Counted from the stretch's first letter, positions 1-8,666 are shown. The stretch is DNA of 32,000 nucleotides from Candidatus Thorarchaeota archaeon (GCA_003345555.1 PRDJ01000042.1:44678-76677); one strand, 5' to 3'. Made by a program: numbers and translations. Notes: generated by a model from the letters alone, not told the origin.

Positions 1-447
1 TTCAGGCATATGCTCGAAGTTCTGAGCCGCGTTGACAGTCCTGACGGTTTCGAGACTGCCAAGGCTCAGATTCGTGAGGTCGTCAATCAAGTCATCGACA
101 GGCTGGAAGGTAGGGGTGAACCTTATACTCCCGACGATGTAGCCTTCAGAGTACAGATTACCAAGCCGCTTGAGCAATATGGGAAGACGAAACCACAACA
201 TGTGCGCGCTGCTCTCATGATGAGGAATGCGGGTTATGATGTCCCTGCAGGGACCATAGTGAGTTACATCAAGACAAAGGGCGAGGACGGAGTACTGCCG
301 GTCGAGCTTGCTCAAGGAACGAGCTACTGGTTGGACAAGGACAAGTACATTGAGACACTGCACTCTGTGTTCGAACAGGTACTTGATTCCGTAGGGCTTG
401 AGTTTGAAGAGCTCATGGGTTTCACAACGCTTGATCAGTTCTTCTAG
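1..447 (+). CDS. polB: Family B DNA polymerase (PolB1-like), C-terminal part; 5' truncated by the window edge
   Basis: Frame is open from position 1. Thumb-region motifs PQHVRAA, GVLPVELA and KYIETLHSVFEQVL resemble crenarchaeal PolB1 C-termini. It ends in a PIP-box-like TTLDQFF. Confidence 0.88.
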   Translation, partial: FRHMLEVLSRVDSPDGFETAKAQIREVVNQVIDRLEGRGEPYTPDDVAFRVQITKPLEQYGKTKPQHVRAALMMRNAGYDVPAGTIVSYIKTKGEDGVLPVELAQGTSYWLDKDKYIETLHSVFEQVLDSVGLEFEELMGFTTLDQFF

Positions 448-688
448 GTGTCCGCAGAGGGAAGTTGGCATCCTCAATAACCTAGAGTCAGTATTGTCGG
501 TGATAATGATGATTTGCCGCGCGCGTCTTGATTCAGACATTGACGAGAATGGCCTTCTGTATGTGTCTGAGCCTTCTGCCAAAACCGATTGGCGCATGAA
601 GTCCGACCAAGAAACTCTTAATATGTCCGACAGGTCAAGAGCCAATGGACAGACATCAGTCAGACCACAAATGATGGGGCCGCATTAG

Positions 689-1723
689 ATGAAGCTGAAC
701 TACCGAGAGCTCTTCATGGAAAAAATGGGAATCCTTCTCCGACCAGATGACATTGAGGCGACTGCGCGAGACTTCCTTTCGAGCTATGCATCTTACATGA
801 AGGAAGTTGGGATTGTTGCTAAGGATCCAAGTGGCAAGACACTCTACTCAAGTCGAACCGCTCCAGTTGATGACAAGTACACACAATTCTTCGAACAATG
901 GGTGAGTCTGACACGTGCACTTGGAATCGATTCTGCTGTTGCGATGGACTTCTACACTGATGGATGGTTCGGCCGTGACCCCAAGTACCAGACAATTGGA
1001 TTCAAGGGTCAAACATTGACACATCAGATCTGTCCTAATCGGGAGGAGTTCTGGCAATACGGGGCCGAAATCATCAAGGAGCTAGGAGCTTATCCTATTG
1101 ATGAGATTCTGCTATTTGGCGCCGGGTACGTTCGAGACGAGTTCTGTTTCTGTGAACGATGCAGGAAGGAATTCGCTCCGATGGTTGACCAGGAACCCAA
1201 ACGTCTGACGTATCTCTACATTTCTGAGAACCCTGACCACCTGGCAAAGTGGTACAAATGGCGCACCGACAAGGTCAATCGAGGTCTCCAAGTCCTTCAA
1301 GACGCCGCTCGTGAGGTCGATAAGAAAGCAGGCCGATCAAAGCCCCTAACAATTGCTGTCGAAGTTCTGATTGACCCGGAGACCGGGCTGTCTGACGGCG
1401 CTATGAAGAGATGCGGTTATGACTACACGAAGATAGGCGAGATAACCGGCAATATTCTCATCAATCTCTTTCCATGGTCTCCTCTGTTGCCAAAGAAGGG
1501 AACAAAGCAATACAACGACTTGATTGAGTCTCTCTACTTCACGACTGAGTTCAAGCGACGCGGCGGCAGGGCCTCTCTCTTTCGATGGGGGGTGAAGACG
1601 CTTGACCAATTCAGGGAACTCAAGGCCTTCGGCAAGGACGCCGGAATAGACAGGTTTGTTGTCTCTCTCCACTACCCCAATGATTACTCAACTCGACGTG
1701 AGAGTGCCATAACCAGCTATTGA
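689..1723 (+). CDS. Glycoside-hydrolase-like TIM-barrel protein (GHL6/GHL10/DUF187-like) with a CFCxxC metal cluster; possibly inactive
   Basis: QICPNREEFWQYGAEIIKEL-GAYPIDEILLFGAGY-x4-FCFCERC and WYKWRTDKV follow the pattern of GHL10/GH42-like barrels. The start could be the ATG at 716. Confidence 0.6.
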   Translation: MKLNYRELFMEKMGILLRPDDIEATARDFLSSYASYMKEVGIVAKDPSGKTLYSSRTAPVDDKYTQFFEQWVSLTRALGIDSAVAMDFYTDGWFGRDPKYQTIGFKGQTLTHQICPNREEFWQYGAEIIKELGAYPIDEILLFGAGYVRDEFCFCERCRKEFAPMVDQEPKRLTYLYISENPDHLAKWYKWRTDKVNRGLQVLQDAAREVDKKAGRSKPLTIAVEVLIDPETGLSDGAMKRCGYDYTKIGEITGNILINLFPWSPLLPKKGTKQYNDLIESLYFTTEFKRRGGRASLFRWGVKTLDQFRELKAFGKDAGIDRFVVSLHYPNDYSTRRESAITSY

Positions 1724-1736
1724 GACGCGGTTCGTT

Positions 1737-2666
1737 TCATCGCGAAGAACCACAATAAGGACAGACTCTTGTCCCTTCCCTTAGGCTTCTGCCGCATGAG
1801 AAGCAAAAGCTTCTCTTGGGTTCTTCAGTACGCTTGTCTTCGGCGAAGGGACTGAGTTCTCCCTGCGCAAACAAGCTGCCTAGGCCTTCAACTGAGTCTC
1901 CAGAACAGCTCCGACAAGCAGTACTAGAGGATTTGTCGCGGGTAACGGGCCGACGCTGGTCACCACGATAGTCTTCTTCGCGATCGTCGTTGAAAGGACC
2001 GGCTGTCCTTCCTTCCGAGAACGGGCTCTCTTGCTGTTCCAATGAATACCCTTGTCCGGCTGACCATCGGTCTTGGCCTTGGGCTTGAACCGGGCTGGGT
2101 CGACTGGACTGCATGCTCCTATCTAGAGTTTCGAAGTCTCCTCGGTAGTCATCAGAACTGTAATCCCCCCCTGTCGAAGGTCGATTCGCACTTCTCTGAC
2201 CTAGATCCTCCCTTGGCTCATAGTCTTCTTGGGATGAGAGTCCTCGCGAGGCATCGATGAAATGAGTGTGGGACTCTGCCTTGAGCCGCTGATAGTCATC
2301 TTGTGTTAAGCCAAGCATCTCAAGCGATCTGTCTCTGTCGGCGCATCTCTTTGAAAGGGGACAACAGTAGGCTAGGCTGCCATGACATAAGGATGCCATG
2401 GCTCTCTCTTGACGTGACTTGAATATCGGCGTAATCCTCCGATTTCCGAAGATGAGCGAATCCCCGACGGCCTTCAGCTGAGTATAGCCGCTTTGCGCCA
2501 TTGCCTCAACAATCTCTCTTGCGGGATAGGGCTTGCCCTCTATTATCACGTAGCCCTCAGTCTTTTCCAGTCTGATGGGCCTTTCAGCGCCCCTATCATC
2601 ATAGCTCGAATCGTATCTCGTCTGAGCCCACCTCAGGTCGATGTCTATGTCAGGGATTGGGGTCAC
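1737..2666 (-). CDS. Hypothetical protein: N-terminal domain, single methanogenesis-marker-9-like Cys repeat, long disordered linker, C-terminal zinc ribbon
   Basis: CHGSLAYCCPLSKRCADRD..LGLTQDDYQRLK, a Ser/Asp/Arg/Gly-rich linker and terminal FCFSCG-x9-CPYCG. Confidence 0.7.
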   Translation of the reverse strand: MTPIPDIDIDLRWAQTRYDSSYDDRGAERPIRLEKTEGYVIIEGKPYPAREIVEAMAQSGYTQLKAVGDSLIFGNRRITPIFKSRQERAMASLCHGSLAYCCPLSKRCADRDRSLEMLGLTQDDYQRLKAESHTHFIDASRGLSSQEDYEPREDLGQRSANRPSTGGDYSSDDYRGDFETLDRSMQSSRPSPVQAQGQDRWSAGQGYSLEQQESPFSEGRTAGPFNDDREEDYRGDQRRPVTRDKSSSTACRSCSGDSVEGLGSLFAQGELSPFAEDKRTEEPKRSFCFSCGRSLREGTRVCPYCGSSR

Positions 2667-2862
2667 AACAATAGAACGGTGAGTATTACAGGGATAACTC
2701 TAATCCGTGTGCCGCATACTGCCGGGTCTTGTTATATAGAAGGACAGACTCCGTTTCACTGCTTATCGGAAAGTATATTATCTCAGGGAAGGCCCCTTGT
2801 TGACGGTAGAGGACCGAACGGCCCGCTATGCGTCGGTCGTCTTGTACTAGGATGGAGATACT

Positions 2863-3231
2863 ATGGGTTGTAAGGCAGAAGGAGCTGCCCAGGGCTATAC
2901 CGTTCTTGGTGGAATAGTGCTGTTGATTTTCGCCATCAACGACCTGCGCAACGGAATAGGTCAGGCTCTGGAAGGTAGCTTCGAAGGCACCATCACTGTA
3001 GTCTTGGCAATAGTGTTGATTCTGCTGGTGGTTCTGTCTTTTGATGCATGCGGATTTACGCACTTCAAATTGCGGCGCAGCGGGCTCTTGCTGGCAGTCT
3101 TCGGGTTCATAGCGATCGTCATAATCGGACGAGGCCTGAGCTTCGACATTTTGGGCTGGCTTATGAACCTGGGAACGCTGGCAGGTCTGATGATACTGAT
3201 AGCAGGCATTTTGATAATGGTGAACAAGTAA
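2863..3231 (+). CDS. Small multi-pass (about 4 TM) membrane protein, unknown function
   Basis: Four hydrophobic segments, an SD-like GGAGA upstream and similarity to the next ORF. Confidence 0.72.
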   Translation: MGCKAEGAAQGYTVLGGIVLLIFAINDLRNGIGQALEGSFEGTITVVLAIVLILLVVLSFDACGFTHFKLRRSGLLLAVFGFIAIVIIGRGLSFDILGWLMNLGTLAGLMILIAGILIMVNK

Positions 3232-3251
3232 GTTGAGGTGAAAGAGAGAAA

Positions 3252-3593
3252 ATGCCAAAGAACACTCAAGCAAACAAGATTGGTCAACTCCTCGTCCTCT
3301 TGGGTGGAATAATAGGACTTCTGTTCGGGATAATGGATGTACTCCTGATTGCCAACCCGTTGCATGCATACTTCCCGACACTCGAGTTTGGAATCGGAGC
3401 CGTGATTGTAGGGGCAATCCTCATTATCTTGTCATTGGCCGTACTCGCGACCAGTGGTGCAGTCAAGATCAAGTTCCTGACATTCGACAACAACTGGATT
3501 GTTCTTCTGATTCTCGGCATACTGATGTACATATTCGCCGGAGGCATCGGAGCAATCCTAGTAATCCTAGGCGCAATCCTGATGCTTCTGTAG
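3252..3593 (+). CDS. Small multi-pass (about 4 TM) membrane protein, apparent paralog of the upstream gene
   Basis: Gly/Ile/Leu-rich TM segments and an SD-like GAGGTG upstream. LLGGIIGLLFGIMDV parallels VLGGIVLLIFAINDL. Confidence 0.78.
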   Translation: MPKNTQANKIGQLLVLLGGIIGLLFGIMDVLLIANPLHAYFPTLEFGIGAVIVGAILIILSLAVLATSGAVKIKFLTFDNNWIVLLILGILMYIFAGGIGAILVILGAILMLL

Positions 3594-3605
3594 AGGGCAA
3601 CTGGT

Positions 3606-3674
3606 CCAGAGAGAGGTTAGTGTAACAGTCGGCAGGCATGTTCTCACAGCCTGCCGGTCTCACCCTTTTTCTGG
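3606..3674 (+). terminator. Long imperfect hairpin ending in a T-rich tract; putative terminator or structured RNA
   Basis: Perfect inner stem CGGCAGGC (3630-3637)/GCCTGCCG (3649-3656). Outer pairing of CCAGAGAGAGG (3606-3616) with CCTTTTTCTGG (3664-3674) needs two G-U pairs. It lies just downstream of the membrane-protein pair. Confidence 0.4.
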
Positions 3675-3799
3675 GTTTTCGCAATCGCCCCAAAGAAGTC
3701 GGGTTCAGTGGGGATTAGGCTGACTCGCACGGCATGCATCGCAAATTAGATAACGGCTTAGTGTCTGGGCCAGCTTGCCCGAACCGGGGAGGCGTTATC

Positions 3800-5152
3800 A
3801 TGGACGATAAGCACATCCAGATTCTTAAGGACTTGGGCTTTGGCGACATCAGCTCAAAGACAATGAGTAATGAGTACTGGAAGAATAGGGCGGCAGAAGC
3901 CCTTGCCATCACGACTCAAGAAAGAGATGTCTTTGGCTGTCTTGACCACACTCGCGGAGATGGCGTGAGGATCTATGACATTGAAGGCACAGAGTATCTT
4001 GACGTGACTGGCGGGGTCGCAGTACGTGCCTTCGGGCTAAGATACAAACCGTTCTTAGACTTCGAAGCGAGCATCAGCGACGTCGTAAGCGAGTTACCGG
4101 GGATGGACTTCGACGCTATTCCACAGACACTGCTTGCAGAGAGGGTAGCTAAGATTACTCCGGGCACCTTCAAGAAGCGGGTCGTCTTTACAACTTCAGG
4201 AGCACGCGCTGTCGAGGGCTGCATGAAATCAGCAATGGATCTCTCTAGTAGGCGCAGATTCGTCGCGTTTAGACCGGCATTTCATGGTCGGACCGGCTAT
4301 GCACTGGCATTGACTGCCTCGAATGCAATGCACAAGTCAGGTTTTCCTCAAGGAGTTGATGTCATCAGGGTTCCTTACCCATACTGCTACCGTTGTCCCT
4401 ATGGTCAGGAGGTTGAGAGCTGCAACCTCGAGTGCGTCGAAGGTCTTGTGTATGCTCTCCAAGTTGAGGGAAACGACATTGTGATGACCGTGATGGAGCC
4501 AATCTGCGGTGAGGGTGGACTGATTGTGCCTCCGGCCAAGGCCGTGAAAGGCATGTACGATGTCACAAAAGAAGTCGGTGCCTATTTCATGTCTGATGAA
4601 GTGCAGGCGGGGATGGGTCGCACTGGTAAGTGGTGTGCCATCGAGAATCATGGTGTTGTTCCCGATTTCGTTTCAATCGCGAAGGCGCTCGGCGGGGGTT
4701 ACCCGATGGGCGCGTCGATAGGGCCTGCCCCAATGTTCACAGGACCATCTCGGCACTCGGAGACATTCTCCGCTGAGCCGAAGCTCTCATTGCTTGCACT
4801 CTGGATAATCAAGCATATGGAGGATGGCGGGTTCCTTAAGAAGAACGCAGAAAATGGTGCCTACCTCATGAAGCGTCTGAACGAACTGAAGGACAAGTAT
4901 GAAGTAGTTGGCGACGTACGCGGAATAGGTCTGATGGTCGGTGTCGAGTTCGTGAAGAGCAAGAAGACTAAAGAAAAGGCAAGGGACCTCAGATACCGTA
5001 TTGTCAAGAATGCGGTGCAGAAGCAGAAGCTCTGGATGATAGGTGCAGGCCAGAACTGCGTGAGATTCACTCCGAGTTACATCATAACGAAAGCCAATAT
5101 CGATGATGCCGTCGATAGATTCGACAAGGCCATAGCCCAAAGCCTCAGCTAG
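3800..5152 (+). CDS. Class III PLP-dependent aminotransferase (GabT/ArgD-like)
   Basis: Motifs YLDVTGG, TTSGARAVEG, FHGRT, MEPICGEGG, DEVQAGMGRTG and SIAKALGGG (PLP lysine). Start moved to ATG 3800, which follows an SD-like GGGGAGG. Confidence 0.92.
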   Translation: MDDKHIQILKDLGFGDISSKTMSNEYWKNRAAEALAITTQERDVFGCLDHTRGDGVRIYDIEGTEYLDVTGGVAVRAFGLRYKPFLDFEASISDVVSELPGMDFDAIPQTLLAERVAKITPGTFKKRVVFTTSGARAVEGCMKSAMDLSSRRRFVAFRPAFHGRTGYALALTASNAMHKSGFPQGVDVIRVPYPYCYRCPYGQEVESCNLECVEGLVYALQVEGNDIVMTVMEPICGEGGLIVPPAKAVKGMYDVTKEVGAYFMSDEVQAGMGRTGKWCAIENHGVVPDFVSIAKALGGGYPMGASIGPAPMFTGPSRHSETFSAEPKLSLLALWIIKHMEDGGFLKKNAENGAYLMKRLNELKDKYEVVGDVRGIGLMVGVEFVKSKKTKEKARDLRYRIVKNAVQKQKLWMIGAGQNCVRFTPSYIITKANIDDAVDRFDKAIAQSLS

Positions 5153-5304
5153 TGCGGTAGGAATCCGCAAGACAGCAGTCAATCCAGTTCTTTGAAGGAC
5201 CCCGTTCTTCTTGCTGACGTAGACAGGATTCCTTTTGGCGATGCTCGAGGAGCCAAGCTTACTAATCCTGTTCCTAGCATAGATGTCTCGTCCATAGATT
5301 GCTA

Positions 5305-6567
5305 CTAAGGTCTTCTCAGTATGACCAGATTCTCCGTAGCTGTTCTCCTGTCTTCGATCTTGGTTGCCGGATTCACATGATAGGAAAAGACTCTCCGAGC
5401 GACTATCGTGTCAATCAGTGTCTTTTCGTGAATCCAGCCCATCTGAGTGAAGTGCTCTGCGAAGATCGTGTCTATCGGAATCGGGCGTCCCCTGAGACTA
5501 GACCTTCCTACGAAGAAAAACAAACGCGACGTTATCTTGTCCTGCAGGCGACTGAGTGCTCCTAGGATGCCGTGAAAATAGCGGTCGTAGATCTTCTTTA
5601 TGTGCTCTTCCTCGATATCATCGCGAATGACTGAGAATGTGGGCGAGTTCACCGGCCTCGGAGGCAGGTTCCTGTAGGGAATCTCAAGTCTACTGAGATT
5701 CTTAATCTCCATTTCAGAGTGTCCCAACCAGAAGAGATCCATCTTGGCTTGGCGTATGTATTCTTGGGACTGTAGGTAAGGCGGAGAGGTTATGAGAATG
5801 TCCTTCTCCTCGTCGAGATTAGTAGACAGCGTATCAACTCCGCCTCTGACCACGGCCTTTGTCATCTTGGGCGCAAGACTCTGATATTCACTGAGTCTCT
5901 GAAGGACATTCTCAGTTTCACGTCTCACCGTTTCATAGAACCGCTTCTTCCAGTCTCCGGCAATTAGCTGCATAATCCTCTCTTTTGACTTCGGCGACTT
6001 AGACAACTTCATCCTTCCCATATCATCGAAGGAGAAGTTCCTGCTTGCCTTGAGGAGCGGTATCGTAAGGAGCAGTCTTGCATGCTCATCATCGAGTGAA
6101 TGGTAGAATCCCCAGGCTCTGGTCAGAATAGGCACGAATTCAGGAGGAAACCAATAATCGAACTTGGACCAGTCGGGCATGAATTCCTCCTCTGAAGAAA
6201 CCATCTTGTCTATCAGTTCTCTTGTGCGAATCTCTCGTGGCTCCAGCATAGTGATACGGTGAAGGACTTCTATGATTGGATTCAAATCCCACAGCTCGTA
6301 ATCACAATCGTATAATCGAGACACGACGCCCACCGTGCCATAACCGGCGAAGGGGTCGAATACCTTCGCTCTGGAGTGTGCGTAGTTTTTCAGAACGTAT
6401 GCTATGACGTGAGGGATGAACTTTGCCGGGTACCTGTAGATACCAAAAGCAGCATAGGTCGTGGAAGGGAAGTCAATCAAGTCCCTGAATGCAACTTGTT
6501 CTTCTGGCCCCAAGGTTTGTTCTTCTCGCGTGATTACGTCTGTGACATCTGGGTTGGTCGCCCACAT
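5305..6567 (-). CDS. Site-specific DNA methyltransferase, alpha-class, probably N4-cytosine
   Basis: YRYPAKF, then motif I DPFAGYGT, then a variable (TRD) region, then motif IV TSPPY. SPPY is typical of m4C enzymes. Confidence 0.87.
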   Translation of the reverse strand: MWATNPDVTDVITREEQTLGPEEQVAFRDLIDFPSTTYAAFGIYRYPAKFIPHVIAYVLKNYAHSRAKVFDPFAGYGTVGVVSRLYDCDYELWDLNPIIEVLHRITMLEPREIRTRELIDKMVSSEEEFMPDWSKFDYWFPPEFVPILTRAWGFYHSLDDEHARLLLTIPLLKASRNFSFDDMGRMKLSKSPKSKERIMQLIAGDWKKRFYETVRRETENVLQRLSEYQSLAPKMTKAVVRGGVDTLSTNLDEEKDILITSPPYLQSQEYIRQAKMDLFWLGHSEMEIKNLSRLEIPYRNLPPRPVNSPTFSVIRDDIEEEHIKKIYDRYFHGILGALSRLQDKITSRLFFFVGRSSLRGRPIPIDTIFAEHFTQMGWIHEKTLIDTIVARRVFSYHVNPATKIEDRRTATENLVILRRP

Positions 6568-6750
6568 TTCAAGTATTGCTATAACAAAGACAATACGTCC
6601 AGATGGCGGGAGTGGGACTCTCGTTCGTTTGCAGATGGCAGTTCCAGAGACCTACTTGACCGTGCCGCGAACGTGACCTCGTGATGCCAACGCTTATCAG
6701 TTGAATGTGTTTCTTTTGAGCCAGAACTACGAAGGAGGTAGTCAGGCAGA

Positions 6751-7009
6751 ATGGCAATAACCCAATGGGGGAATCGCGTTTGCGCGCCAGTCGATACTAG
6801 CTCTGCCTCCCTCTGCGAAGTTCGTCTACGTGCTTCTTAAGAGCCGGCACCAATTGTCCCGGCAGGATTTAATCTCGGCGACCTACATGCCCCCAAGAAC
6901 AGTGAACTATGGGATTAGTCGCTTAAAGGCATTAGGTCTGATTCAGGAAGAGAAGCATGGCGGCGATGCGCGGGAGAAGGTATACGTGCTGGTTTCGGCG
7001 CCGGTGTGA
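6751..7009 (+). pseudogene. Small winged-helix transcription regulator (archaeal MarR/TrmB-like LPPSAK family), absent from the ORF track; frameshifted or using a non-canonical start
   Basis: Frame 6761-7009 reads ...ILALPPSAKFVYVLLKSRHQLSRQDLISATYMPPRTVNYGISRLKALGLIQEEKHGGDAREKVYVLVSAPV*. It has no in-frame ATG/GTG/TTG upstream of LPPSAK. SD GGAGGT is at 6734-6739 and the ATG at 6751 is out of frame. Confidence 0.75.
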
Positions 7010-7047
7010 TTCCCGCTTAGGAATTCCGTATCGACTTAGCATCCCAT

Positions 7048-7073
7048 AGGTACTGCAGGCAACTGCAGTATCT
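7048..7073 (+). terminator. GNRA-tetraloop hairpin followed by a pyrimidine tract; putative terminator
   Basis: AGGTACTGCAG-GCAA-CTGCAGTATCT (11 bp, one G-U) followed by CCCTTTCTTTC, downstream of the wHTH gene. Confidence 0.5.
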
Positions 7074-7176
7074 CCCTTTCTTTCGGTTCATCCAAAAGCC
7101 TCATAATCGAGACGCGGGAACCTCGGATTGGCCAACTCTCAACATGGTGTAGTTGCACATGGCCAGTTGATGAGCG

Positions 7177-8565
7177 ATGAGCGATCGAGTAAGAGACGAA
7201 GGTAACTCAGACTTCTACGCAAGGCTCGGCGTAGAACCGATGGGCAAAGAAGGGCGCACGCATTTCAGTAATGAACTGACACCGGAGATAGCCGGAAAGG
7301 ATGTCGTGCTAGTCGGATGGGTTCACATACTCCGTGACAAGGGAAAGCTCAAGTTCCTCATTCTCAGAGATGAACACGGCACTGCTCAGGTCACAATATC
7401 GCAGGACAAGGTTCCACCAGACGTCTTTACTGTTTCCGGACAGCTGAAACCTGAGTCGGTTGTCGCTGTCAAGGGGCGGGTTGTGAAGGCCGGCCAAGTC
7501 GAGAGGGGCGTTGAGGTTGTACCCACCAGGATTCGTCTGATAAACACTGCAGAACGGCTCCCAATAGACGTTGTTGAGGGAAAGGTCGACATTGACCTAG
7601 AGACTCGTCTCAACAATCGTATTCTCGACTTACGCAAGCCAAGAGTGAATGCCATTTTCCATGTGCAGCATTGTCTTGTGAAATGGGCACGAGAGTATCT
7701 GGTCAAGAATGCATTCATCGAGATTCATACCCCCAAGCTCGTGGCTGAGGCCACGGAAGGGGGTGCAAACCTCTTTGAGGTCAAGTACTTCGAGAGAAAG
7801 GCGTACCTCGCGCAAAGCCCTCAGTTCTACAAGCAGCTTATGCTTCTGGCAGGATTCGGAAGAGTCTATGAGGTCGGGCCCGTATTTCGAGCCGAAAAGC
7901 ACAACACTCGTCGTCATGTCAACGAATACACATCATTCGATTTTGAAATGGCATGGATAAGTGGCGTCGAGGATGTCATGAACATGGAGGAGAGAATGCT
8001 AGAGTACGCATTCAAACAGACAATCAAGGAAGCATCTGCTGAGCTCGAGTTGGTAGGAGTAAAACTCCAGACGCCGAAGGTCCCGTTCAAGAGAATCAAA
8101 CATGCGGAAGCTATTGACCTAGTGAACGAGACGGGCATGCATCTGTCGTATGAGGACGACCTTGACCCGGAGTGCGAACGCATTCTCGGTGAGATCTTCC
8201 CGGAGAAGTACGGCACTGACATGGTGTTCATAACGCACTATCCACTTGGGCTGAGACCGGCATACACGATGCCAAGTCTAACTGATGAGGGAAAGACTGA
8301 GAGCTTCGACCTCACGTACAAGGGCATGGAGATCACAACTGGCGGTCAACGGATACATCTCTATGATCTTCTTGTTGAACGATTCAAAGCAAAGGGATTT
8401 GACCCAGCGCATTTCGCTTTCTATCTTGACCCCTTCAAGTATGGGGCGCCTCCACACGGGGGACTCGGTCTTGGAGTAGAACGTCTGACTATGCAGACAC
8501 TTGGAATTGAGAACGTAAGAGAAGCCACTCTGCTCCCCAGGGACCGCGACAGACTGACTCCCTAA
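7177..8565 (+). CDS. aspS: Aspartyl-tRNA synthetase, archaeal type, probably non-discriminating
   Basis: OB-fold GWVH..RDKG, YLAQSPQFYKQ, motif 2 FRAE...RH..E, EITTGGQRIH and motif 3 GGLGLGVERL. Confidence 0.97.
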   Translation: MSDRVRDEGNSDFYARLGVEPMGKEGRTHFSNELTPEIAGKDVVLVGWVHILRDKGKLKFLILRDEHGTAQVTISQDKVPPDVFTVSGQLKPESVVAVKGRVVKAGQVERGVEVVPTRIRLINTAERLPIDVVEGKVDIDLETRLNNRILDLRKPRVNAIFHVQHCLVKWAREYLVKNAFIEIHTPKLVAEATEGGANLFEVKYFERKAYLAQSPQFYKQLMLLAGFGRVYEVGPVFRAEKHNTRRHVNEYTSFDFEMAWISGVEDVMNMEERMLEYAFKQTIKEASAELELVGVKLQTPKVPFKRIKHAEAIDLVNETGMHLSYEDDLDPECERILGEIFPEKYGTDMVFITHYPLGLRPAYTMPSLTDEGKTESFDLTYKGMEITTGGQRIHLYDLLVERFKAKGFDPAHFAFYLDPFKYGAPPHGGLGLGVERLTMQTLGIENVREATLLPRDRDRLTP

Positions 8566-8576
8566 TGCTCACTCTA

Positions 8577-8604
8577 TAATGCTCTCTCAAAGCACGAGCC
8601 GCGG
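8577..8604. repeat. Direct repeat, left copy (TAATGCTCTCTCAAAGCACGAGCCGCGG)
   Basis: Shares an exact 13-bp core AAAGCACGAGCCG (8589-8601) with 8974-8986, and 26 of 28 nt align with one 2-nt indel. Confidence 0.8.
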
Positions 8605-8666
8605 GATTCAACGGACAGTATCAGCACACGCGAGTTTCTACAGGACATCTCGTAGTTAAACTAACT

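Noticed and set aside
398-688. 96-aa ORF overlapping the polB end and abutting the ATG at 689
   Set aside because: No recognisable motif, and it overlaps polB by 50 nt in another frame. It may be a chance ORF; a shorter real peptide cannot be excluded.
4787-5300. Minus-strand frame with an AbrB-like look (RISKLGSS...LRIPTALAEALG)
   Set aside because: It overlaps the aminotransferase antisense for several hundred nt and has no plausible start before the motif, so it is probably a shadow frame.
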